Positions 19,516 to 28,823 of a DNA stretch of 64,000 bases are shown here, piece by piece (the first letter of the stretch is position 1; every line of letters starts with the position of its first letter). The stretch covers positions 3,488,001 through 3,552,000 of the forward strand of contig CBDANF010000003.1 in the NCBI GenBank assembly GCA_965197475.1, read 5' to 3'. Made by a program: the position numbers and the translations under genes. The notes under the pieces were generated by a model. That model was not told the DNA's origin. It did no database searches and saw only the letters and a list, made by a program, of their open reading frames with translations. This DNA comes from Candidatus Poribacteria bacterium. Lineage in GTDB: Bacteria > Poribacteria > WGA-4E > WGA-3G.

Positions 19516-20820
19516 ATGCCAGAAGAAAATATCTCAGGCATTACCAAGATAGCTGTAAAGGGTTTCAAGTCAATAGCGGAGGAATGTGAAATTGACATCC
19601 GTCCATTGACGATCCTTGCTGGTGCGAACAGTTCGGGGAAATCCAGTATCATGCAACCACTACTGATGCTGAAGCAGACCCTGGAGGCACCCTATGATCC
19701 GGGACCGCTGCTGATTGATGGACCAAACGTTCAATTTACGGAGACAGCGCAATTTCTGTCCACTTTACCTGACGAAAAGGGAACAGATCAATTTCAGATA
19801 CAGATTAAGACTCGTGACTCTGATTTTGCCCACTCGGTGGAGACAACTTTCAGAAATGGACAGATCGGGTTTAAAATTGTCGAAATGACGGTTGAAGTAA
19901 AACAAATTACCAAAACATTATCTTTCAAACATTTTACCCTATATCCTGAAATGTCGGTTGAAGAAATCAGGGCACTAGGGGACCAAGGTCCAGTGCGAAA
20001 CGATTTTAACGCAGTGAAACGTTCACGCTGTTTTTTGTGTTTTGAATCTAAAGATGGTGATCGTCTCTTCAACGTCACCTACAATTCTGTTGAATCCTAC
20101 ATTTTCAACGCTATTCACCTTCCCGGATTACGCGGCAATCCTGAACGTATCTATAAATTGAGCAGCACTGGTCCTCGGTATCCTGGCACGTTTGAAAATT
20201 ACGCGGCAAGTGTCATTCACGAATGGCAAGAAACGGCAGATGAACGCCTGAAACAAGTAGCAGATACCCTTCATACGCTTGGACTGACAGGAAAAGTCAG
20301 TGCCCAAAAAATTGGGGATGTCGGTATTGAACTTCAGGTTGGTCGTATTCCTCGCTATAGAACTGATAATCCTGACATGGTAAGCATTGCCGACGTGGGA
20401 TTCGGTGTATCTCAAGTCCTACCTGTTTTAGTGGCACTGATTGCTGCAGAACCGGGGCGACTGGTTTATATTGAACAACCGGAGCTGCACCTACATCCTA
20501 ACGCACAAGTCGCGTTAGCACAAGTGCTGGCAGATGCAGCAAAACGTGGGGTGCGTGTCGTTGCTGAAACGCACAGTTCACTACTGCTTTTAGGAGTTCA
20601 AACGCTTGTCGCAGAAGGAAAACTCTCCCCCGATTTGGTCAAACTGCACTGGTTTTCACGGAACGAAGATGGTATTACCGAGGTTGACAGTGTTGACCTG
20701 GACGAAGCGGGAACTTACGGTAAGTGGTCCGTAGATTTTGATGATGTCAGCCTCAACGCACAGAGTCGTTTTCTTGATGCTGTTGACAACGTTAGATTTG
20801 GCAAAATGGAGACTTCGTGA
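19516..20820 (+). CDS. ABC/AAA ATPase (AAA_15/AAA_21-like, DUF3696-type C-terminus)
   Basis: FKSI, Walker A GANSSGKSS, signature GFGVSQVLP, Walker B IEQPELHLHP, ETHS. Confidence 0.9.
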   Translation: MPEENISGITKIAVKGFKSIAEECEIDIRPLTILAGANSSGKSSIMQPLLMLKQTLEAPYDPGPLLIDGPNVQFTETAQFLSTLPDEKGTDQFQIQIKTRDSDFAHSVETTFRNGQIGFKIVEMTVEVKQITKTLSFKHFTLYPEMSVEEIRALGDQGPVRNDFNAVKRSRCFLCFESKDGDRLFNVTYNSVESYIFNAIHLPGLRGNPERIYKLSSTGPRYPGTFENYAASVIHEWQETADERLKQVADTLHTLGLTGKVSAQKIGDVGIELQVGRIPRYRTDNPDMVSIADVGFGVSQVLPVLVALIAAEPGRLVYIEQPELHLHPNAQVALAQVLADAAKRGVRVVAETHSSLLLLGVQTLVAEGKLSPDLVKLHWFSRNEDGITEVDSVDLDEAGTYGKWSVDFDDVSLNAQSRFLDAVDNVRFGKMETS

Positions 20821-21362
20821 GAGCAAGAGATTCAAAACGATTAGTGATTGACACTGATGTTGTGCGATCATCCGGTGATGAAGATGCAACTGATCCGAGG
20901 GCCATCAATTGCCGTGACTTCCTAAAGGGAGTGATGACGCAAAATCATAGGATTGTAATGACAAGAAAAATCAGTGATGAGTGGAAAAGACATCAATCAC
21001 GCTTTGCCCTTGAGTGGAGAGCGTCAATGGACGCGCGTAGAAGAGTGGATCGTATTGATCCACCGGAATATGATGAGCTTCAAGACAAGGTCACAAACAC
21101 AACAGATGACGAAGATGATATTGAAGTAATGCAAAAAGATTTTCACCTTCTCCAAGCGGCACTGGAAACTGATAAGACTGTCATTTCGCTTGATCAAACC
21201 GTTCGTGAACTTTTTGCACGAGCATCTCAACGGGTTGGTGAAATCCAAGATATTATCTGGGTAAACCCTGAACGGACAGAAGAAGAACAACCTATTAAGT
21301 GGCTCAAAGAAGGTGCACTGCCGGAACAGGATCGTCAACTTGCTACGTATCCAGCACAATAA
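20817..21362 (+). CDS. Hypothetical PIN-like protein, translationally coupled to the ATPase
   Basis: LVIDTDV...EW...KDFHLL.AAL..D..VISLD acidic pattern; GTGA overlap. Confidence 0.6.
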   Translation: MRARDSKRLVIDTDVVRSSGDEDATDPRAINCRDFLKGVMTQNHRIVMTRKISDEWKRHQSRFALEWRASMDARRRVDRIDPPEYDELQDKVTNTTDDEDDIEVMQKDFHLLQAALETDKTVISLDQTVRELFARASQRVGEIQDIIWVNPERTEEEQPIKWLKEGALPEQDRQLATYPAQ

Positions 21363-21367
21363 AATAT

Positions 21368-22240
21368 CTACCCCCGCCAATTCAGATCAATGCTGGTGTA
21401 TCCGTGCGTATATTGATGCAAATGCGATGGTAAGTCCGCTAAGAAATGCTTGCCTACGCCTGGTATCTCCCACGGAATATCAATATGATGCACTCTGCTC
21501 CGAAAACCGATAGCGCATGACAACCGTATCTCGTCAATCTGATTCGGAAATGCGGCGTGATACGTCCGATGCGCAAACACAATCATATCACCAGGATTGG
21601 TAAAGAGCGGCACTACACCCGGAACATCAAAATCTGTATATGCCTTCCCTTCTCCACCTACTTTGTAAAATGAACGCTTATCTGCGGTCAGGTTGAACCC
21701 TTCTGGTCCTTCCCAATTCTCCACGTGAGAATCCGCAATCACGCATAAACCACCGTGTTCGGGACGCGAACCCGTTATGTAAAACCATTTGCCGGATGGC
21801 CACATCCCACGGTTCAGCACATCACCAGAATTCTTTGGTGTATCCGTCGAAAACCCACACCAATCGGTATACCATGCAACAGGATGCGATCCCGGCATCC
21901 GGATGATAGCAGCGGACCGATGCACGGTCAGTTCATCCGTGCCAATCAAGTGCCGATGGACTTTCATGAACGGTTCATATTCCAGAAGCTGCCATGCACC
22001 AGCACCTGATTCTATCCAAGCATGTCGGGTACGACTCTGTCCATGCTCCAATTCTCTGTTTGGATCTGTGCCATCAAAAACGGCTTGTTTCAAACTGTCC
22101 ACCAATTTGGGAGGTAATACGTCTTTGATAATTGCAAACCCGTGTGCCTCCAAACATTCGGACATGAGGGAAAGCTGATTGGTTTCAAACTCGTAAGTGT
22201 ATCCAAGTTCAGGTTTTTGAATCTGTAAATAGTGTTCCAT
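21368..22240 (-). CDS. Phytanoyl-CoA dioxygenase (PhyH) family protein
   Basis: HGFAIIKDVL, GGLCVI..SH, PGDMIVF.HRTYH, R.S. Confidence 0.8.
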   Translation of the reverse strand: MEHYLQIQKPELGYTYEFETNQLSLMSECLEAHGFAIIKDVLPPKLVDSLKQAVFDGTDPNRELEHGQSRTRHAWIESGAGAWQLLEYEPFMKVHRHLIGTDELTVHRSAAIIRMPGSHPVAWYTDWCGFSTDTPKNSGDVLNRGMWPSGKWFYITGSRPEHGGLCVIADSHVENWEGPEGFNLTADKRSFYKVGGEGKAYTDFDVPGVVPLFTNPGDMIVFAHRTYHAAFPNQIDEIRLSCAIGFRSRVHHIDIPWEIPGVGKHFLADLPSHLHQYTHGYTSIDLNWRG

Positions 22241-22500
22241 AAGTAAAGCCCCAAAGGTATTTTGTTGATATTGTATTATTCACGCATCGTGTTGTCAACA
22301 ACAATCTTTCAGATGTAAGTTATCATCTTGCACTAATTGGTGACTTTTGTTAAAATACTAATGCAAAATCAAATATCTCTCAAGATTGGGAAGTAGCACA
22401 ACTGATTCAATGCATTACACAAAAAGGCGTTAATTATTTGATAATAATGAAGACATAATACTTTTCAACTTAGGGCGAAACCCCTATTCGGAGGAAAATA

Positions 22501-23403
22501 ATGGCAGAAACCGTTTTTGTGGGAGAACATGAAGTCACATTTCCAGGACCACACCTTGGTGTGCTGCGGGACTGCAACGCCGTGCTTGATTCGGCAGAAG
22601 GCTTGCATAAACAGATAGCGGAGGACGGGTATCTACTCGCTCGCGGTTTAATTGACAAGGACAAGGTGATGGCAGCACGACGGGCTATCCTTGAATACGC
22701 CGAAGGCAATGGAAAAGATGAAGTTTTTAAACCGGGAACTGAAATGATGGATGCTATTGCTGGACCGGGAAGTCCGGGGCGGACGATGGGCGCGCCTGCG
22801 GTTACACATCATCCGGATGTGTTGTCCGTTTTGGAAGGTGACCAACTCTTTACCTTTTTCCGAAACTTTTTTGGTGGCGATACCCGCACGTTTGATTACA
22901 AGTGGCTTCGGTTCGTTCGTCCTGATGGTTGGTCGGGACCGCATTTTGATTTTGTCTATATGGGCAGAGGGTCAAAGCAGTTGCACACCTGCTGGATTCC
23001 ATTCGGTGATGTGCCAGCGACGATGGGGACGTTGACTGTTCTTGTCGGATCGCACAATCTGGAAAGTTTTGCACCAGTGCGCGATACTTATGGCAAAACG
23101 GATGTGGATAAAGATGGTACCCCAGGGCATTTCGGGCGCGATCCGATAGCAATTAGTGAGAAGTACGGCGGGGAATGGCAGACAGCGGATTTTGAGATGG
23201 GTGATGTCATTGTCTTCACTATGCACACGATGCACATGTCCACCAAGAATCTATCGGATCGGTGGCGCATCAGTTGTGACATAAGATTCCAACCCGCAGA
23301 ACACCCGATTGATGAGCGGTGGGTAGGCAAAAATCCTATATCGCACACTGGAGGTCAGAAGATTTCGTTTGAGGAAGCGAAAAAACAGTGGGGATTGGAA
23401 TAG
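22501..23403 (+). CDS. Phytanoyl-CoA dioxygenase (PhyH) family protein
   Basis: DGYL..RG, HFD.VYMGRG, TCWIPFGD, G.L.VL.GSH, GDVIVF...TMH, RISCDIRFQP. Confidence 0.88.
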   Translation: MAETVFVGEHEVTFPGPHLGVLRDCNAVLDSAEGLHKQIAEDGYLLARGLIDKDKVMAARRAILEYAEGNGKDEVFKPGTEMMDAIAGPGSPGRTMGAPAVTHHPDVLSVLEGDQLFTFFRNFFGGDTRTFDYKWLRFVRPDGWSGPHFDFVYMGRGSKQLHTCWIPFGDVPATMGTLTVLVGSHNLESFAPVRDTYGKTDVDKDGTPGHFGRDPIAISEKYGGEWQTADFEMGDVIVFTMHTMHMSTKNLSDRWRISCDIRFQPAEHPIDERWVGKNPISHTGGQKISFEEAKKQWGLE

Positions 23404-23424
23404 AGGGATAGGAATTTTTAAACG

Positions 23425-23451
23425 ATAGACGCGGTTATAAACCGCGTCTAT
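23425..23451. terminator. Hairpin between convergent genes (bidirectional terminator or REP)
   Basis: ATAGACGCGGTT-ATA-AACCGCGTCTAT. Confidence 0.6.
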
Positions 23452-23457
23452 TCTCAA

Positions 23458-24633
23458 TTATTTAAACAACGCTCGCCGAATTTGCCGCACCGCTTGCCGA
23501 ATCCGATCCTCATTCTCTACAAGCGCAATGCGGATATAACCTTCACCGTTGTGTCCAAACCCAGCACCGGGAGAGACACAGACCTCCGCTTCATTTAAGA
23601 GTTTCATTGAAAAGTCTAAAGAGTTGAGGTGTTTCCATGCTTCAGGAATAGGTGCCCACACAAACATTGAAGCCTGCGGTTTCAACACTTTCCATCCGAT
23701 TCGGTTTAACCCATCAACTAACACATCACGGCGTTTCCGATAAACAGCTGCGTTTTCCATGACCACATCTTCTGGTGTACGCAGTGCCATAATCGCAGCG
23801 ACCTGAATAGGTGCGAAAATTCCGTAATCGTAATATCCTTTTATCCGTGCGAGTGCCTCAATGATATCACGATTGCCAGCAGCGAACCCGCATCGCCAAC
23901 CCGCCATGTTATACGATTTTGAGAGAGATATAAACTCAACGCCAACATCTTTCGCACCCTTTGCTTGTAGAAAACTCGGTGCTTTATACCCATCAAAGAC
24001 AATGTCCGCATAAGCCAGATCATGGATTACCACCATATCCTGTTGTTTTGCGAACTGGACGACCTCTTCAAAAAAATCCAACTCTACCACTGCGCCGGTA
24101 GGATTATGTGGAAAACTCAATATCAACACCTTCGGTCTCGGCCATATATCACGTGTGATTTCTGCGAGGGAGGGGACAAAAGCGTTTTCCTCTGTTAACG
24201 GAATGCTCACAACGCTTCCACCTGCAAGGACTACACTATACATGTGAATAGGGAATGTTGGATTAGGCACCATCGCCAAGTCCCCATCATCAATCAAGGC
24301 TAAAGCGAGATGCCCTAATCCTTCTTTAGTGCCGATGACAGCAATCGCTTCCTCATTCGGATCAATATCTACACCGAATCGGCGTTCATAGTGCCAACTG
24401 ACTTCTCTCCGCAGGTTGTAGATGCCGCGAGATGCAGAATAACGGTGATTTCGGAGCTCCTGCGCTGCTTCTGTGAGTTTATCAATAATGGGTTGCGGGG
24501 TCGGTTGATTAGGATTACCCATCCCCAAATCAATTATATCTATTCCCTGTTGCCGCCGTTCATGCGTCAACTGCTTAAGTTTGCCGAACATGTATGGCGG
24601 AAGTCGATTTAAGCGTTTTGAAAATATATTCAT
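23458..24633 (-). CDS. Class I/II aminotransferase (AlaC-like)
   Basis: RLPPYMF, DLGMGNP, HRYSASRG, GTKEG, FPHNPT, HDLAY, SLSKSYNMAGWR. Confidence 0.92.
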   Translation of the reverse strand: MNIFSKRLNRLPPYMFGKLKQLTHERRQQGIDIIDLGMGNPNQPTPQPIIDKLTEAAQELRNHRYSASRGIYNLRREVSWHYERRFGVDIDPNEEAIAVIGTKEGLGHLALALIDDGDLAMVPNPTFPIHMYSVVLAGGSVVSIPLTEENAFVPSLAEITRDIWPRPKVLILSFPHNPTGAVVELDFFEEVVQFAKQQDMVVIHDLAYADIVFDGYKAPSFLQAKGAKDVGVEFISLSKSYNMAGWRCGFAAGNRDIIEALARIKGYYDYGIFAPIQVAAIMALRTPEDVVMENAAVYRKRRDVLVDGLNRIGWKVLKPQASMFVWAPIPEAWKHLNSLDFSMKLLNEAEVCVSPGAGFGHNGEGYIRIALVENEDRIRQAVRQIRRALFK

Positions 24634-24689
24634 TTTCCGAAGTCCTGGTATTTTTTAAATATGTGTTAACAAATTTGTTTTCCTATGTC

Positions 24690-26114
24690 TTATCTACCGT
24701 GTTCCCAATATTCCCGCAGCCGTTTACCCCAATTTGATATGACTCTTTGTGGACCTTGATGAACAATCTGCTGCCTATTGAGTTTATTTTCTTGAGCAAG
24801 GAGTTTTTCTCTGCACTCTTTGACGACTTCTCCGTAAGCTGCGTCTTCTGCAAGGTTTTTTGTCTCACATGGATCGTCATGCAAGTCAAACAATTGGGCA
24901 AGTCCAAGCTGCTCAGCAGCTGGTCCGGGCGGCACAAAATCCTCCACCGCTTTCGGTTTGTATTCTGTAACGTATTTATACCGATCAGTGACAATTGCGC
25001 GTCCCCAATAATTGCTCTCTATGTAAGCATATTCCCGCCAAGGAATATCTTTGCCTTCTGCAAGTGCACGGAGGCTCATTCCTTGACACCCTTTAGGTGT
25101 ATCACTGTCTGCGTAATCAGAGACAGTTGGAAATAGGTCTACACTGGAGACGAAGTGTGTTTCATCAAATCGATCTTTCTGGACAGAAACACCCTCCCCT
25201 AAGCATGAAATGATGAACGGCACCTGCACGCTTTCTTCATAAAGCGCGAATTTCTGAAACAGCTGGTGGCTTCCACACGCCTCACCGTGGTCGGCACTAA
25301 AGATGATTAACGTGTTATCACAAAAAGACGTTTGTCGCAGCAAAGAAAGCACTCTACCGATCTCTGCGTCAACTTTTTCAATAAATCTGTAATAGTTCCA
25401 CCTTAGATAACGCCACTGGAGTTCGTCCCAACTGCGAACCGCTTTTAGGATGCGCGCATGGATAAGCGCGTCATCAACCCGTTTACAGACGCGATTTAAT
25501 ACCGTTTCACGTTCATCGTAGTTAAAGTTATCAGGTAGCGGTGGCAAATCGTCTTCTGTAAGAATTCCCTGTTCTACCGGATTTGGTATGTGTTTTTCCT
25601 CATGGTTGTGTAGATATTCACACACGTCATGCGGATCAATGTATCCAATTTGCAGATAGAACGGTTTATCGCCATCGTAATTCGTTAAGAAATCTGCTAC
25701 TGCATGAGTAGATGCTGAATCGTAATATGCAGCACCACCTGCCCCAATATTGTTTTGTCCGTAGTAGAGTGTCTCAAAACTTTCACGTACATTCCTGCCG
25801 GGAACATGCCATTTTCCGCAATGGAACACCCTATAGCCACTTGCATTGAGTACCTGCCCTATATCGGGAATTTCTGTGTGAAGTTGTCCTCCGTTGAAAG
25901 GCACACCTGTTTCGGATGTGTATAATCCTGTTGCCCAACTGGAGCGTGCCGCAGCACATACCGGATCGGTGCAGTAAGATTTTTTGAAAGATGTTCCATT
26001 TCGGTGGAGTCCGTCAATATTAGGCGTGTAGAGATACGGATTTCCGTAGGCAGATACAGCGTTCCATGAGTGTTGGTCGGTGTTAATGAAAAGGATATTG
26101 GGACGTTTGCTCAT
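24690..26114 (-). CDS. Sulfatase family protein
   Basis: PNILFINTDQ, CAAARSS..TG, GKWH, DPHD, SADHGE, LYEESVQVP. Confidence 0.9.
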   Translation of the reverse strand: MSKRPNILFINTDQHSWNAVSAYGNPYLYTPNIDGLHRNGTSFKKSYCTDPVCAAARSSWATGLYTSETGVPFNGGQLHTEIPDIGQVLNASGYRVFHCGKWHVPGRNVRESFETLYYGQNNIGAGGAAYYDSASTHAVADFLTNYDGDKPFYLQIGYIDPHDVCEYLHNHEEKHIPNPVEQGILTEDDLPPLPDNFNYDERETVLNRVCKRVDDALIHARILKAVRSWDELQWRYLRWNYYRFIEKVDAEIGRVLSLLRQTSFCDNTLIIFSADHGEACGSHQLFQKFALYEESVQVPFIISCLGEGVSVQKDRFDETHFVSSVDLFPTVSDYADSDTPKGCQGMSLRALAEGKDIPWREYAYIESNYWGRAIVTDRYKYVTEYKPKAVEDFVPPGPAAEQLGLAQLFDLHDDPCETKNLAEDAAYGEVVKECREKLLAQENKLNRQQIVHQGPQRVISNWGKRLREYWEHGR

Positions 26115-26914
26115 GAGGGACTCCCCGTCTTCTCTTGAAGCACCAACGTCTCAAAAACACTTGCAACAATAGCGATGTTCCCGTTTGCATCAACCCACCA
26201 ATACGATGGCAAGACACCTGCACCGTAAAGATAATAGCCATCAAGTGAAATCGGGGATTGTATTGAATCAAGGAAGCCGAGTTTATTTTTCGGTCTAAAT
26301 TGCTCAAGGTCTTCAAGTAGGACGATATCTACGTGATCGCCAGACTTTTTCATCTTTTCAGCAAGCGCGGGAATAACATCAAAAAGTGCCCAATTGCACG
26401 TCAACGATAGGGAGTTGTCCACTGTCCCCGTAGTGACTTCAGTGCCGTTAATGTGAAGTCGAATCTCTGCGTCTACGGTGAGGTGTCCATCCCACGCTAG
26501 TCCGGAATATGCGTCGTTGCAACTATTTTGAACATCAACGCGCCAACTTTCATGAAGTGGGCGGTAGCATTCATCACGACAACAGAAGTGGAACTGTAAA
26601 TTTTCGCCGCTTGTTGTATTCTGGTATCGGACATTATAGTTCCAAATATCACCGTTACCTTTCTGGCGTTCAATGATAACCGTTCCAATACTTAATGCTT
26701 TATCTGGAATATCTCTTCTCTGATAGCCGCGCCAGAAATTCGGTAATATTTGATAAACGTGCTTTGTAGAATTGTCTGCATCCGCGTTTGTGTCATGGGT
26801 AGCAGATTTAACATCATACCCATGTAGCAACTCAATCAGTTCCTTTGCAAAATCAGGGTTTTGTGCGCCATGATTGTAGTCAAATGACCAGTGTAACGGA
26901 TTGCTATCATTCAT
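26111..26914 (-). CDS. Hypothetical protein
   Basis: 267-aa ORF coupled to the sulfatase start (ATGA overlap). Confidence 0.65.
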   Translation of the reverse strand: MNDSNPLHWSFDYNHGAQNPDFAKELIELLHGYDVKSATHDTNADADNSTKHVYQILPNFWRGYQRRDIPDKALSIGTVIIERQKGNGDIWNYNVRYQNTTSGENLQFHFCCRDECYRPLHESWRVDVQNSCNDAYSGLAWDGHLTVDAEIRLHINGTEVTTGTVDNSLSLTCNWALFDVIPALAEKMKKSGDHVDIVLLEDLEQFRPKNKLGFLDSIQSPISLDGYYLYGAGVLPSYWWVDANGNIAIVASVFETLVLQEKTGSPS

Positions 26915-27011
26915 GATTTTACGGAGATTTTATTATTGATGTAATAGGAAAAGGTTTATTCGTGCTATTTTATTTTTTGCATTTGGCGAACATCACATCT
27001 TGTTCAGAGAC

Positions 27012-27704
27012 CTATTCACCCTCCTTAACAAAAGCCACACCCTCAAGAATTTTACCGGATGCGGCTTTATGGGCATAACGGGTAGTTTCTGGTAAGCGGA
27101 ATCTTGGACAACATGCGATAGTAAACTTCCGTGCTGAATCCAGTGAAATACGGTGTCCGATTGATACGTAAACAACGCTAACGTTAGTGCGCGTTCGGAG
27201 CGCAGCCCCAATAGTCTCGTCTTTGTCCAAAAGATATGTGTAAGCACCTTTTTCCGTGTCTGGTTCAGTGTATTGTCCGCACAAACGAGACTTAGCACAA
27301 CCAATCGTCGGTTTATCCAAAATCAACCCTAAGTGGGATGCAAGTCCAAACCGTCTTGGGTGCGCAATTCCTTGACCGTCTACTATCACCAAGTCTGGTT
27401 CTGTTTGTAGACGCGCGAAAGCCACCAGAAGCGGTGGTATTTCGCGAAATGATAAAAATCCTGGTATGTAAGGAAAACTGACATGACTTTCAGCAACTAC
27501 ACCGTCTACTACTTGTAAATCGGGGAAGTTCAACACTACCACAGATGCAAGTGCAATATTGTTTTTGAGTCCGATATCTACTCCTGCGACCGTTTTGATT
27601 GTATCAAACTGATCTACCGGGACTACCTGATGGCGTAAATCGTTTTGGAGTTGTCGTGCTTCTTGAGGTGTGACATTCCAAGGATGAAGGTCTTGATACT
27701 GCAT
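27012..27704 (-). CDS. nfi: Endonuclease V
   Basis: VAGVD, FPYIPGFLSFRE, VDGQGIAHPRRFGLASHLG, IGCAKS, VYVSIGH, RLPETTRYAH. Confidence 0.97.
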   Translation of the reverse strand: MQYQDLHPWNVTPQEARQLQNDLRHQVVPVDQFDTIKTVAGVDIGLKNNIALASVVVLNFPDLQVVDGVVAESHVSFPYIPGFLSFREIPPLLVAFARLQTEPDLVIVDGQGIAHPRRFGLASHLGLILDKPTIGCAKSRLCGQYTEPDTEKGAYTYLLDKDETIGAALRTRTNVSVVYVSIGHRISLDSARKFTIACCPRFRLPETTRYAHKAASGKILEGVAFVKEGE

Positions 27705-28823
27705 ATCAATGCTTCGTTGCCCGCTTATGCTCGCTCCTTAAAACTATCACACCCAATTTCCTTTAGACGGCATCTATTCAGGTGTTCGGCCACGCGTTCC
27801 GAAACTTACGTCAATTTCATAACGGAACACGTTGTACATCTGTTTTGACCGCATAAATTCGATAACTATGATAACAGAAAAGGTGTCAGTTGTCAAGATT
27901 TTTTGTTGCTTTTTTGAATTCAACAATCCGAGGCTTAGCGATATGTTGAACTCCCGCAAAAAAAGCACTAAGAATCAAGTATCCAGCACCAATTCCCATC
28001 AAGGAACACAAACCACTTATGAGAATTACGTTAAACATCAATTGTGCCTCCTGCAAACCTAAATTACTTTAGGTACTCAACATGAGTATTCCCGTTCATT
28101 TTGTTTATTTCAAAGGTTTACAATTCTTGGACTGATAGAGTTCTTAAAACTAATATTTAATTAAAATTTGTATTTATTAATCGTACTTGTATTTATTAAT
28201 CGCACACAGTCTTCAATTTTGTTGCCATACACATCTGCTGAGATGTTTAGCAAACATTTCAAGGTTTCCATTATTATTTATTAACTTAAAAGACTTTTAT
28301 GCTTGACACTTGTGAACATGTTTCAAATGTTGCAAAAGTGTTGTAATACTAAACGATTAATCCCTTGCTCGGTTTCAAATCAATATGTAAATTTATTTAA
28401 GTTGAGCAAAAACGATGCCAATTCGGAAATTAGCAGTTTGAAATTCTGTTCGGTGATTAGAATGCAGTGTGTTGATATCATGTTAAGACTTGTATGTTGT
28501 ATTCCGGCAACTATACAATCGCTGAATTTCAGTCTAAATTCGTCGGGTGCTAATCGGAATAAGGTGGGGTTTTTCATTAGAACACAAAAATAATGGAAAA
28601 TGATGTGTCAAAATTGAGACATGCCTATAAGCAATTTTGCATTGTAGTGGTAAGCAAGTGTCTTATTTTGATAGTGTGTAGATGTGCACATTACAATTTA
28701 TTAATTTCAGGTTTACAAATTGCAGCAAGGCAAAGTAAAAATAGATGCAATTCAACGCAATACACGGTATAATTACAAGTGCAGTTCTATAACATATTGT
28801 AGATTGTCATACTGGAGAAAAAG

